The notes: a model not told the origin generated them from the letters alone. A stretch of 64,000 nucleotides of DNA from Stegostoma tigrinum (GCF_030684315.1 NC_081394.1:6306658-6370657), one strand, 5' to 3'; counted from the stretch's first letter, positions 24,163 through 35,904 are shown. Numbers and translations: made by a program.

Positions 24163-27159
24163 AGTATTGATCCTGTGTGGGGAGTTGGATTTGGCCACTG
24201 ATGTCTCATTTCCAGGAATATTTTTGCAACATTCAGCTCAAAAGTCCAATTCATGCAATAAAACTTCACTACAACACTCCTATTACATTAAAAACCTCTA
24301 CATACCCATTTCCCCAAGTTAGACACGGATTCCTCTAAAATTCAATTCATTCAGATTTGATTAAAAAGCTCCCACCTGTTATGATCTCAGCTAATGGGAC
24401 TGGATTGACAGAACATATCTTAATGCAGCACTTAATCACACAAGGCTTCATATTAACCTCAACAACAGAATAGAAGATAATTAAATAAAAGAAAAAATAA
24501 GTAAATAGCAAGCATTACGCCTCACTCAGGTGTTACTCTCAAAATCAAGCCTCACTATTCCTCGAATTGTCACAGAAGTTAAAGGCTTTATACAAGAAAG
24601 CAATATTTCACATCGTACCTGTCTTTTTGGTTGACAGAAAGTACTGACAACATTTCTATGCTGAATGTTGTCGATTTATTAATAAATGATTGCAGCTATA
24701 GACAAACAATCATGAAGTGTTGGCATGCACTTTTTCAGCTAACACCCTAAATTCTTCATCAAAATACCTCCACACGCACACACAGAGACACAACTACAGA
24801 AAAAATTCAACTGCAGTCATGGACAGAGGGATCGACTGCAAAAGCCTTTCAATGTTGAACGGTCGCTTCTCTATTGGATTCACTGAGATGTCACATTTCA
24901 GTTTCAACTCATCAAGCTTATGATCTCAGCTGATGTTATTACTGGACACATGAGATCTCGGGCTGCAATTTGGCTTGACTTGTAACATTTTACTTTATTT
25001 TTGTTTTGTAGTCTCTCACTAAAACACAAGCACGTAATGTTTATTATACAAAGGAAGTGAAGATAAAATAAAATGAAACAAACTATCTGCACATTGAATG
25101 TGTCAAAGATTCTGTAATGTATAAATATGGCTAAAGCATAATCCTATTAATCCTCTAAGCAGTACTTTACAAAATCCAAAAACACTTCCTTACAAGCGCA
25201 TCGAAAATCTTCCACCAGAAAGCCAAATGACAGAATTTTACAGCACAGGAGGCCATTCAACCTATCGTGTTGTACCAGCTCCCAAAATGGCTACCCAACT
25301 AGTCCCATTCTCCAACCCTATTAACTGCACTCTATATTTTCCTCACTCAAAAACCTTCCCAATGGAAACAAAAACCCATCAGTTCTTCAAGACTCTCTCT
25401 AAAATTATTTTATCACCATGGTTACAGATATACTCACAAATTAATTATTAAATTCTTTCCAACACAAAATTGACACAAGATTAGTTCAAATTTCAAAAAT
25501 ACAAATTTTAAAATAAGTGACATTAGCATATACATAAATCACATATCACAGAGTTTCTATTTAACTGACTCCTTCCTGTTTAATTTGCCATGGACTGTAC
25601 AGACAATTCAATGAGCATTCCAAATTTGCCACACAAACTCTTACACACATCTGAAAACAGAAATTAAAGACCTCTGAACTCAATACTGGTGTCTACTTAA
25701 CCTAATATATAAAAAGAAGCAACTTTTTCTCTCCCAAATAAATTGTTGAAAAGTTTGGTTACAGATTGAACTGAACTAAAAACAAACCTGGTGGTCTTAG
25801 ATATAGTAGGAACTGCAGATGCTAGAGAATCTGAGATAATAAGGTGTACACCATGATGAACACAGTAGGCTAAGCAGCAGAGGAGAATGTGGTCTTACAT
25901 GTTTATCCTATCTGTTGTAAACTCACAGAATAAACATCTTATTTCAATAACACTCAAAGGGTTTGCAGTCATCGACAATTTGATTAGGTCACTGTTATAG
26001 AAGGATTCTCTAAACACCTTTTCCTGAAGAAACCACCTTACAAAAGTCAGAAATGCACATATGCCACTATTTTAAAACTAAACTCCAAAAATGACACAGT
26101 AATATATGTAAATTGTAAATGTTTCATCAGACCAGCACCTTGAGAATGATGGGGCTGGGGTACATTCTCTGCCCAAATACTGGGTGAAACTCCACAGATT
26201 GCTGGCGACCACAATGCAAATGACAAGCCTAAGGGAATGAGAGGGGAGAGGGTAGGGAATGAAATCTTTACAAATCTGGGCTGGGAGGACTTGACCTAGA
26301 AGCCTTACCTGCAAGTCTCATACTGCAATCTCTCATTAACACAGTCTCTCATCCAGCAAAAGCCCTTTCCAATATTCCTTGGCACGGTGTCAAGTGTTTC
26401 ATTTTGAACTCATCAGGACAGATGCAGGAATACAAAGTTTCAAAGGGAACAACAATTTATACTGGATGAAAACAGGGACTCATTGGTGAGGAATTAAACT
26501 CTTGATTGGTTGAAATGTTGCCATGGAGAATGCATCCGGGAACAGTTACTTCCTCCATGCTGCTTTTGTTTTAAAAAAGGGACCTTGTCATTCCAACGCT
26601 CAAAGGCCCCTATTCCCAACAGATTTGAACCCCCTCACAGACCCCTACCTCTCACAAAACCCCTGCCCCTCACAGAGACATTCCAACTAATAGCCATCCC
26701 TCACCAAACCAACTCTCCACATTCCCCTTTTCTCCCCCTCACCCCTATGCCACACACCTTAAAGTACCTTCCCCTTCAGCCTAATCCCTCTCACAGGCAC
26801 CTCCCCCATTCCACCTCCTGTCTGCCTCTGAAATTTGCTGCTCCCTCCCGATCAGCTTTCTCCCCTCACCCCGCCACCATTATAGCCCCATGTCCCTCAC
26901 ATCTCCCAGGCCCTAAAATCCTCCTCCCTCCGTCTCTCTCTCTTCGTCCTCTCTCTCACAGCCCCTTCCTCCTCAATCCTCCCAAATACCCGGCCTTCCA
27001 ACCCTCTACTCTCCATCCTCCGCCTGCCCCGCCCTCAGATTCCCCCATTTATTCACCAACTCAAATCCCCCGATCCATCTGTCATCTACCATCACTCCTC
27101 CTCCTCCTCCTCCTCCTCCTTTAGTTCGATTCCCTCCTGCTGAAGTCACTCTTTTTCTC

Positions 27160-27355
27160 TAACGGGGGAGAAAATTGACGGTTGACTTTCTCCCGCATAA
27201 ATAACCGTCACCCAGAGAGGCGGGGCTGGGAATGTGGGCGGGTCCAAGATAAGGGGCGGGGAGAGTGCGGCTGTTGACTTATTGCACATGCGCGCAGCGG
27301 CCAGGGTCTGAGGCCTTTCAGTTCCCGTCCCATCCCGGTTGCCAACAGCAACCAC
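27160..27355. promoter_or_regulatory. CpG-island-like promoter: GC boxes, NRF1-like site and RFX X-box
   Basis: GGCGGG x3, tgcacatgcgcgca, and GTTGCC-AAC-AGCAAC (fits GTNRCC-N0-3-RGYAAC); dense CpG in an otherwise CpG-poor window. Confidence 0.6.
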
Positions 27356-28249
27356 TCCTCTTCCACACACGCCAATGGTGATGCGGATTTCCTGAAGAAA
27401 ATGTGAATGGTGATCAACTGGATCCCTATTGAGATCCAACAAACCAATATATCCCACCATTTGGTCTCCATCATCAATTGTCATCATGTTGAAGGCTGGA
27501 GGTGTTGGCATTGACCATGGGCAATAAATATACAGTTGTGGTGTGTATGGTCCACGGTCCTGCAGTTGGCCAGTCATTGTCAGTGACCAATCGGAGAGCA
27601 CAGGAGAGCACAGAGTTGGTCGGGGTCAATGGGTGGGTCAAGGGTTAAAGGTTAGAGGATGTCAACTCCAGGAATGTGGTCAACTAGAGTAAGCAACATG
27701 TTACCTGCTGGATAAGATGGTGAGATGAATGCACTTTTATCTTTAAGACCCAAGCAGTTCCTTCAAAGGGAGGGAGCGCTGCATCATTTAAGGGAAACTT
27801 GAAATAATTCAGGACTGGGAGTTGAATAGATTCAGTGTATGTTTGAATAGAGATAGTGAAAATAGCAGGTCTGAGCTGATAAATTATTCTGGATCCAATG
27901 CTGCATAGCCCAGGCAGCAGTGAGCAACTGATGAGGAAATTGTGGATGTGCTAATCATGATCTTCAAGATGTTCTTTGTTCAGGAATTGCCTTATTGGAT
28001 GAGAAAAATGACCAACATCACTACAATGTTTAAAAGAACAATCTGATCATGTTTGAGTCACTCATAGCCATAGTTGGAGTTGCTAATCTTCTCCTCTGGC
28101 TTTAATCAAACCTTCCTCAGTCCATGCCTCATTTCATCCAACCTTCTGATTTTTCTTCTATCACTGTTTTTACAGTCTGTTTTGTTATTAACCCTTTTGT
28201 GTCATGAACATCCATTCTTAATTTAAGAGTACAGAGGGATCACTTTTAG

Positions 28250-29440
28250 ATAGAGTCATAGGATCATACAGCACAGAAACAGGCCCTTCAGTCCAACTCA
28301 TCCATGCTGACCAAGTTTTCTAAACTAAACTAGTCCCACTTGCTTGAATTTGGCTCATATCCCTCTAAACCTTTCCTATTCATGGGCTTGTCAAAATGTG
28401 TTTTAAATGTTGTAATTACACCCGCCTCTTTCACATCCTCTGGCAGTTCATTCCGCATATGAAACACCTTCTCGGTGAAAAAGCTGCCTCTCAGGTCCTT
28501 ATAATTTTTTTTCCTCTCACTTTAAAACTATGCCCCCTAGTTTTGAACTCCCCCACGCTAAGGAAAAAAAATCTTGGACGTTGACCTTTTTGGTGCCCCT
28601 CATGATTTCGTAAACCCCTATAAGGTCACCCCTCAACCTCTTACGCACCACCTAGCCAGCCTGTCCTTGTAACTCAAACCCTCCAGTCCCAGCGATATTC
28701 TGATAATTCTTTTCTGAACCCACTCTAATTTAATAATACTCTTCCTACATCAGGCCAGTCAGAACTGTACACAGTACTTCAAACGTGGCTCACCAACATC
28801 ATACAGAACCTTTGCATGATGTCCCAATTCCTATACTCAGTGGTCTGAGGCAAGCATGCTAAATGTCTTCTTAACCACCTTGTCTACCTCTGATGAAATT
28901 TTCAAAGAACTATGTACCTGCTCTTTCTGTTCAACAACACTACTGAAGGCCCTACCATTAACTGTATAGCCATGCCCTTGTTCATTTTGCTAAAGTGCAT
29001 TACCATTATTCAGCTCAATGGCCCAATTTATCAAGATCCCTTTGTAATCTTAGATAACCTTCTTCATTGTTGATTATACCATCAATTTTGGTGTCATCCA
29101 CTAAACTTACTAATCATATGTCCGAAATTCTCATCCAAGTCATTTATAGAAGGTACCTACAACAATAGACCCAGCACCAATTCCTGCGGAACACCCCGGG
29201 TCACAGGCCTCCAGTCTAAAAAACAACCCTCATGACCAGTGTCTGTCTCCTACCATGAAGACAATTTTGTATCAAATGGCAATGTCTTCCTGAATCCCAT
29301 GTAATCTAACCTGACTAATCAGTCTACCATGCGGAACATTGTCAAAGGCTTTACTAAAGTCCATGGAGACAATGTCTACTGCTCTGCCGTCATCTATTCT
29401 TTTGGTTACATTCTTCATCCTACGCACAAAGCCATGCTGA
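28250..29440 (-). mobile_element. CR1 RT/3' fragment
   Basis: QHGFV, AVDIVSMDFSKAFDNVPHGRL on the - strand. Confidence 0.9.
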
Positions 29441-29639
29441 CTGTTCCCAAAATAATTAACTTTGTAACCAGTAAAGGTGTTTCTGGGGACATTACAAGAA
29501 TTGGCTATTGGGGACTGAGTGACCGAGAACTTTGGAGAAATCTGAGGTGATATGAGAGAACCAGAATGAATTTGTAAAGGGTAAATCTTATCCAGTGAAC
29601 TTTGTTGAATGGTTTGTGCAGTATTATTAATGAGATTAC

Positions 29640-30250
29640 TAAGGAAGTTCTGAGATGCAGTGGGATTTAGGTGTTTTGATGTATAAGAAACATGAGACAT
29701 AGCAAGTAATTCAGCAGTTCAGTGGGATACCTCATATATTACGAGAGGAATGGAAGATAAAATTAAAGATCTTATGTTTCATTTATACAGGACATTCGTG
29801 AGACCACGCATCCGATACTCAGTGCAGTTTTGATTTCTTTAGTTTGAAGATGGATGTCAATGTGTTGGAGGAAGTTCAGAGGAGGTTCACAAAATTGGAA
29901 TGAGTGGGTTGACTTATAAGGAAAGGTTGGACAGTTTGGGCCTGTTTTAACTGGAGTTTAGCAGAGTGAGGGGTGACCTGATTAAAGTGTATATGATCCT
30001 GAAACCTTTGCCAAGGTGGGTGGGAAGGGATAATTTCTCTTGCCCAGAACTAGAGGATTTTGTGTTAAAATTAGTCGTTGCTCTTTTGGAACTGAAATGA
30101 TGAGATTTGGTTTTCTCTCAGAAAGTTGTGTGACTTTGGGACTCTCTGCCTCAGGAGGCAGTGGAGGTGGGACCAGTGAATATTTTTAGTACAGTGGTTG
30201 AACGATTCTTATTGGACAGGTGAATCAAAGGTTATTGGGGATGGACGTAT
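29640..30250 (+). mobile_element. CR1 3' fragment, decayed
   Basis: gtgagaccacgc (VRP), gttcagaggaggttcac (VQRRF), aggggtgacctgatt (RGDLI). Confidence 0.8.
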
Positions 30251-30744
30251 GCTCTTAAGCATTGTAATGGCAGTCAATGTGAAGAGATCATGCTGTAATG
30301 ACACCCTCTCACTGGAGTGTGAATTTTTGATTCACATCTCCTGGCTCCTCAGTGTGTGCTGCAGGGAATCTCCAAATTCCACAAATAACACCATCTCCAC
30401 GTTTCTAGATTATTGTTCCATTTACTATATTACCAAGGCTGACAATAAAAATGGGAACAGTTATAATCGTTCAACAAATATGGCAAGACTTCTGTACTGC
30501 GAAGCATTGGCGCTTGAGACTGACTTCATCTAAATCTGCTCTGATCCTGCTTTCTCTGAAGTATAGGTTTCATCAAGAGGGCTCTGTAAACGTTTATAAT
30601 GAATGACAGTATGAAAATTGATTCAAATACAGCAGCAGCAGCAACTCGTACTGAGAAAGCATACAAATACAATTATACATCAACAGATGCATTACCTAAC
30701 AAAATTACCCCAGTTGATACGTCAATGTGATACAGAGCGCATGC

Positions 30745-31340
30745 TACACCATCAGATGGTCAGTACTCAGGAATGTTGCACTGTCTTAGCATGAGTTTTG
30801 AGGGAATGTTGCACTGTTGGAAGGTGGATACTAAAGGTTTGTTGCACTGTCAGAGAATCAGCACTAAGGGAGTGCCACACAGTCGGAGGTTCAATACTGA
30901 GGGAGCCCTGCACTGTCCGAGGGTCAGTATTGAGGGAGGGCAGCACTGTTGGAGGGTCACTACTGAGGGAGTGCCACACAGTCAGAGGGCAAGTGCTGAG
31001 TGATTGAAGCACTGTCAGAGGGACAGTCCTGACAGAGTGCTGAATTGTTGGAGGTCAGTGCTCAGGGAATGCTGCACTGTCAGAGGATCAGTGGTGAGGG
31101 AATGCTGTTCAGGTGGATATAGAAGATCCCATTCTGGTATTTGGAAAAGGAACAGGGGCATACCTCCTTAATGTGTTGCAGCCAATATTTATTCCCAGTT
31201 AGCATTAATGACCTTTTGTGGGATCTTGCTGTGTCAATCCTACATTGTAGAGATGGCTGTACTTCAAAACAATTTCATTCACTGAAGCACTTTGGATGTC
31301 CTGCAGTGGTCCAAAGTGTTAAAGAAATGTAAGTCTGCCT
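30745..31340 (+). repeat. 33-bp minisatellite array running into a DeuSINE body and tail
   Basis: About 11 units of gagggagtgctgcactgtcagagggtcagtact to ~31105, then tcaggtggatatagaagatccca...gccaatatttattccc...gtgggatcttgctgtg. Confidence 0.75.
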
Positions 31341-31769
31341 TTATTGCTGTTGGGCAAAGGAATGTGCTCTTAGGACTGGTGGATAAGATGTTGATAAAAA
31401 AAGTTGGGTTTTCAGAGCAGTTTAAAAGAGTAGAGAGAAGTGGGAGGTTTAAGGAGGTGAATGGTTATTTTTGGAAGGGGAGTGTGTGGGTGGGATATAT
31501 AAAAGAGAGAGGCCCAGTTCCTGAAGAGAGAGACCATCACTGTGGGCTGACATGAGAGCCAGGAGGGGTTGTTGGGTGATCTTCGGTTTAGTGGGAACTG
31601 GATCATAGGCAAAAGAGATGGCTGTCACATTCAGGGTGAGCTCACAGAGGGCATGAGATGCAATAGGAGAGAAAATAGGGAGAAATGAGAGTTCTGGAGA
31701 AGGCAGTATTCATAAAGCATTGACCCATTTGGATGAGTGGAGGGGAGTGAACCAGCATGGGATTGAATG

Positions 31770-32268
31770 AGAGATAGTACGAACTGCCGATGCTGGAGAA
31801 TCTGAGATAACACGGTATGAAGCTGGATGAACACAGCGGGCCAAGCAGCATCAGAGGAGCAGGAAAGTTTTGACGTTTCAGGTTGAGAACCTTCTTCAGA
31901 GTTGGGGGAGGGGAAGAGGATTCTGAAATGAATAGGGAGACAGGGGGAGGTGGATAGAAGATAGATAAAGGAGAAGATAGGGTGAGAGGAGATAGACATG
32001 TCAAAGAGATGGGGTTACAGCCAGTGAAGATGAATGTACGTGGGGAGTTAGGGAGGGGATAGGTTGGTCCAGGGAGGATGGACAGGTCAAGGAGGAAGGA
32101 TGAGGTTAGTGGGTAGGAAATGGGGGTGGGACTTGAGGTGGGAGGAATGGTTAGGGAGGCGGGGACTAGCTGGGCTGATTTTGGGATATAGTCGGGGGAG
32201 GGGGGATTTTGCAGCTTGTGAAGTCCATATTGATATTCTTGGGCTGCAGGGTTCCCAAGCAAAATATG
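31770..32268 (-). mobile_element. Penelope 3' fragment with terminal repeat and hammerhead core
   Basis: IFCLGTLQPKNINMDFTSCKI (GIY-YIG C-terminus); CTGAAGA-AGGTT-ctc-AACCT-GAAACGTC at 31899-31872. Confidence 0.85.
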
Positions 32269-32584
32269 GGATTGAATGTGTGTGTCCTGGTAGATGTTTG
32301 ATAAGATTGAAAGATGTACATAATCAAAATGGAGAGAAGAATGTCCCTTACTGTTGGAGACACTGTTGAAGAAGGATGTTTAAAGTTAAATCCAGACAGA
32401 AACATCTTGGACACAGCATCACTTCACTCTGATATAACTTCACCTTCAAGAAACTCTCACACATGATATCAAGAAATTTCAAATTGGTTCTCGGGGATCA
32501 TTCCTGTGGATTTTTGGTTCGAGTTTGAAAGATTCTGTCATTCGGTGTTGTCCTCACACTGAGTGTTTCTCAATCTTGCTTAGT

Positions 32585-32692
32585 TTAAACATTCCCATAC
32601 ATGGCCTCCTCATCAAAGTTACAGTTTGCATAGATATTGTCTTCTTGGTGTACATGAATATTATGATTCAGTGTTATTTCCTCAAATTTCTT
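32585..32692 (-). CDS. Gene B terminal cytoplasmic exon
   Basis: tttctattgcag|AAG AAA... to TAA; KKFEEITLNHNIHVHQEDNIYANCNFDEEAMYGNV*. Confidence 0.8.
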   Translation of the reverse strand, partial: KKFEEITLNHNIHVHQEDNIYANCNFDEEAMYGNV

Positions 32693-33021
32693 CTGCAATA
32701 GAAACAAAAATAAGCACAGAGACATTCAGAGTAATCAGCATTTAGAATTATTAACCCCAATACAAATTATACCCAGAACAAATCCATTAATTATTTGAAC
32801 AATGTGGGGTTTGATTATAGATGCTGAACAGTATGGGGTTTGATTATCGATACTGAACAGTGTAGTGTTTGATGATTGATCCTGTGTGGTGTGTGTTGTA
32901 CAATTTCCTGGGTTCAAATTTGGTTGTGTAAATGATTTCAGAGACATGAAAGGACCAGAGACATCAGTATTAGAGCCAGTGGAGGGGGTGAGTGCCTGGA
33001 TATCCTGTGCATGTAGCTCAC

Positions 33022-33129
33022 CTTCTGGTTTCTCAAAGCCCAATCTATCTCACAGTTTTCATAAGTAGGATCTTCATGTTCATTGGCAGAATGCTTAGTT
33101 TTAGTTTCTTGTTTCATGCCCATTCTCTC
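33022..33129 (-). CDS. Gene B cytoplasmic exon 2 (108 nt)
   Basis: caatacag|GAG AGA ATG to CAG AAG|gtgagc; ERMGMKQETKTKHSANEHEDPTYENCEIDWALRNQK. Confidence 0.78.
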
Positions 33130-33489
33130 CTGTATTGGAAGCAGATTGAACAGTGTGAGAATGAACAGGATTTGGATATGGTCTGATTATTGCTGGAGAA
33201 AGTTCCACATTATCCAACTGATCTTCTTTTGAAGAAATGTCACCTGACATTAATCCTGAGCAATCTGGCTGTGATTTCAAGGATCTGCTTTCCCTGCCCC
33301 TCTTGGCATGAAATGCCCCATGTCAATCCATCAGAAGTAATTGCCTCTCTCTATCTCTATCAAGCCCTTGAACCATCTCCAATCATCAGGATGAGGGCAC
33401 AGGGAATAGCTGTGGACAAAGAGGTGCCCATATCTCCAACAGGAAATGACAGTGCCGATTCTTTGGACCCTCATTGGCTTGGAATTCTA

Positions 33490-33770
33490 GCAGAACAGTT
33501 AACTGTCAATCTTATTGACATGAAAATGCAATAGGGACAGTTAACTGTCAATCTTATTGACATGGAAATGCAACGGGAAGAGTTAACTGTCAATTTTATT
33601 GACAAGGAAATGCAGAAGGAACAGCTAACTATCAATCTTAGTGACATTTAGATGCAGCAGGAAAAATTATCTCTAAAACTTATTGACATGGAATTGCAAC
33701 AGGAACAGTTAACTGTCAATCGTATTGACATGGAAATGCAGCAGGAACAGTTAACTGTCGATCTTAGTTA
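33490..33770. repeat. 42-bp tandem repeat, about 7 copies
   Basis: acagttaactgtcaatcttattgacatggaaatgcaacagga; units start at 33495, 33537 and so on. Confidence 0.9.
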
Positions 33771-34863
33771 TGAGAGCTGACAGGCAGATTGTGATTAATC
33801 AAGATGTTGCCAGGGAAATACAGCAAGGATTGGCAGTCTCCATGAACCTTTTTTTTCAAAGAAAAAGGTGAAATGTTTGTTGGAATCCATTTTGTCTACT
33901 CAAAATGGGGTTTGGATTATCTAATAAATGCCTTTGACATTTCATGAAAAACAATCATTTTTTGAAGCAGAACCACATTTAATGACGGATACACTTTTCT
34001 GACGCTTGCAGGTGTGTGTTGGTTATACACTATCAAACACACCAAGTGGGATGTGTTTGAACCAGACTGCCGTTTCTTCAGCTGTACAGCCTGCATAGTG
34101 CTGTCAAAACTAATATTTGACATTGCTGTAAAAAAGTAATGTCACACAGCGCCACTCTCTCACAGAGAGAGAGAGATGACTTGCAATGAGTTTAAGGCGA
34201 GGGTTGACCACAGCTTAGACCAGGGCAAAGTTGCAAAGGTAGGACAATCATGGTGCCCTCAGCCAGTGATGTTAGCATCACTCTGCATCACTAACCTGCT
34301 GGACAGTGTCGTAGGCAAAACTGACGGCTTCAGATCGTTTTAGTGGAGTAAACCACTCGTGGGTTTTCAGCAGAGTTGCAGCGTGAGAAAGCTAGCTTCT
34401 CCATACTTTTGTTTTCAGTCACCTTTCCCTTCCCCTTCCAGAGTATCCTGAATTAGACTGGGCACTGCTCAAGGTAGTGGGCGTAGGCCCTTTAATGTGT
34501 GTTCACAAGAAACAGAGGATCGGGAAGTCATTATCATGCTGGGTAGTTTTATTTTGTATCCTTTGAGCAACAATTAATTTCTGTACTAAAAAGTAATCCT
34601 TTCATTATCTTAATCATTTTGCAAAGTTCCCTTAATGTTTTAGTCTCTGGCGAGCTCAAGCTTAGCTCAGCTTGTGCACCCCATCCAAAGAATTTGATTA
34701 AAAGATGTTCTGTACAGCAGACTTGAGCCTTACAACCAGATCTTAATACTAAGTATTTATATTTTAGAGGCATCAATTATTGGAATCTGCCTTTATAAAG
34801 TCACAGCATTAACAAAGGAAGATGTTGGTTGAGGAATTAAATTCCAATAATTATGTTACTTAC

Positions 34864-34945
34864 CCTGGACCTGTCCCACTGCTTCCCTGGAGTGTCTCTA
34901 CTGACTTGCTGACATGCTGTTTGGTCTCTTCCTGTGCTTTTTGCT
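34864..34945 (-). CDS. Gene B cytoplasmic exon 1 (82 nt)
   Basis: gcacag|A GCA AAA to TCC AGG|gtaagt; KAKSTGRDQTACQQVSRDTPGKQWDRSR; same 82-nt length and phase 2 to 0 as the gene A counterpart. Confidence 0.78.
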
Positions 34946-35009
34946 CTGTGCATTGCATTAGAAACAGTCACCATAGGTCAGACGATGAAGTGGACAACAG
35001 TATGAAACC

Positions 35010-35276
35010 AGAGATAGTAGGAACTGCAGATGCTGGAGAATCTGAGATAACAAGGTGTAGAGCTGGATGAACACAGCAGGTCAAGCAGCATCAGAGGAGC
35101 AGGAAGGCTGACGTTTCAGACCTACACCCTTCTTCAGAAATGGGGGAGGGGAAGGGCACTGTTGAATAAGTTAGTTGAATAATTTCTAAAGAAGGGCCCA
35201 GGCTTGAAACATCAGCCTTCTTGCTCCTCTGATGCTGCTTGGCCCGCTGTGTTCATCGAGCTCTACACCTTGTTAC
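35010..35276. mobile_element. Short fold-back Penelope-derived element with TSD
   Basis: Inverted arms; CAACAGTRTGAAA at 34995-35007 and 35277-35289; hammerhead-like core at 35137-35110 (-). Confidence 0.8.
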
Positions 35277-35357
35277 CAACAGTGTGAAAACACGTTCTTT
35301 CTGAAACACAGGACCTTTATCTTTCATTAATGGTAAACCATTAACTTTTTGTGATCA

Positions 35358-35490
35358 GAGATAATGGGGACTGCAGATGCTGGAGAATCCAAGATAACAA
35401 AGTGTGGAGCTGGATGAACACAGCAGGCCAAGCAGCATCTCAAAAGCACAAAAACTGACATTTCGGGCCTAGACCCTTTACTTTGTTATC
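35358..35490 (-). mobile_element. Short Penelope-derived terminal fragment
   Basis: gataatggggactgcagatgctggagaatccaag...tttcgggcctagaccc; flanked by CATTAACTYTT direct repeats. Confidence 0.75.
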
Positions 35491-35746
35491 ATTAACTCTT
35501 CGTGTCCTGTTTCCTGACAATATTGAGTTTTAGATCACTGCTCCCTCAAGAGGGTGAAGAGGGAACTTCTGCAGGTCCAGATGTTACTCTTAGCTCTTTA
35601 AAACAGTGCGAAACTGGACAATGTGCAAGAGAATGAGGGGGGAATGAGATAGAGAACATCAGTTGATGTTGATGTGAAACCAGAGAGGAGAAATGAGTTG
35701 GTGAAAATGCAAGTTCAAAAGCAGCAAATGGACCTTTCACACTTAC

Positions 35747-35843
35747 TTTTTCACACACTTGAAGATGAATAATCCACTCAGTCCAACGCTTAAAATGATT
35801 CCAGCTCCAAGCAATCCTGCTTTCCATCCTCTGAATTCTCGAA
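35747..35843 (-). CDS. Gene B transmembrane exon (97 nt)
   Basis: tttccag|TT CGA GAA to AAA AA|gtaagt; REFRGWKAGLLGAGIILSVGLSGLFIFKCVKK; same length and phases as the gene A TM exon. Confidence 0.9.
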
Positions 35844-35904
35844 CTGGAAAAACATCCAATGAATTTAGATTTAGTGCAGTTTTGGTATTCCAACCTGATG
35901 GGCT

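Noticed and set aside
26510-27124. 204-aa Pro/Leu/Ser-rich ORF
   Set aside because: Low-complexity C-rich strand next to the CpG island lacks stops for compositional reasons; non-ATG start
33917-34126. Extra gene B exon after a strong acceptor (ttttttacag)
   Set aside because: Its open frame needs a phase-1 join, but the upstream exon ends in phase 0, which hits a stop; no convincing donor
35747-35843. DAP12/FcRgamma-coupled activating receptor call for gene B
   Set aside because: No Lys or Arg within the hydrophobic core; the Lys residues flank the helix
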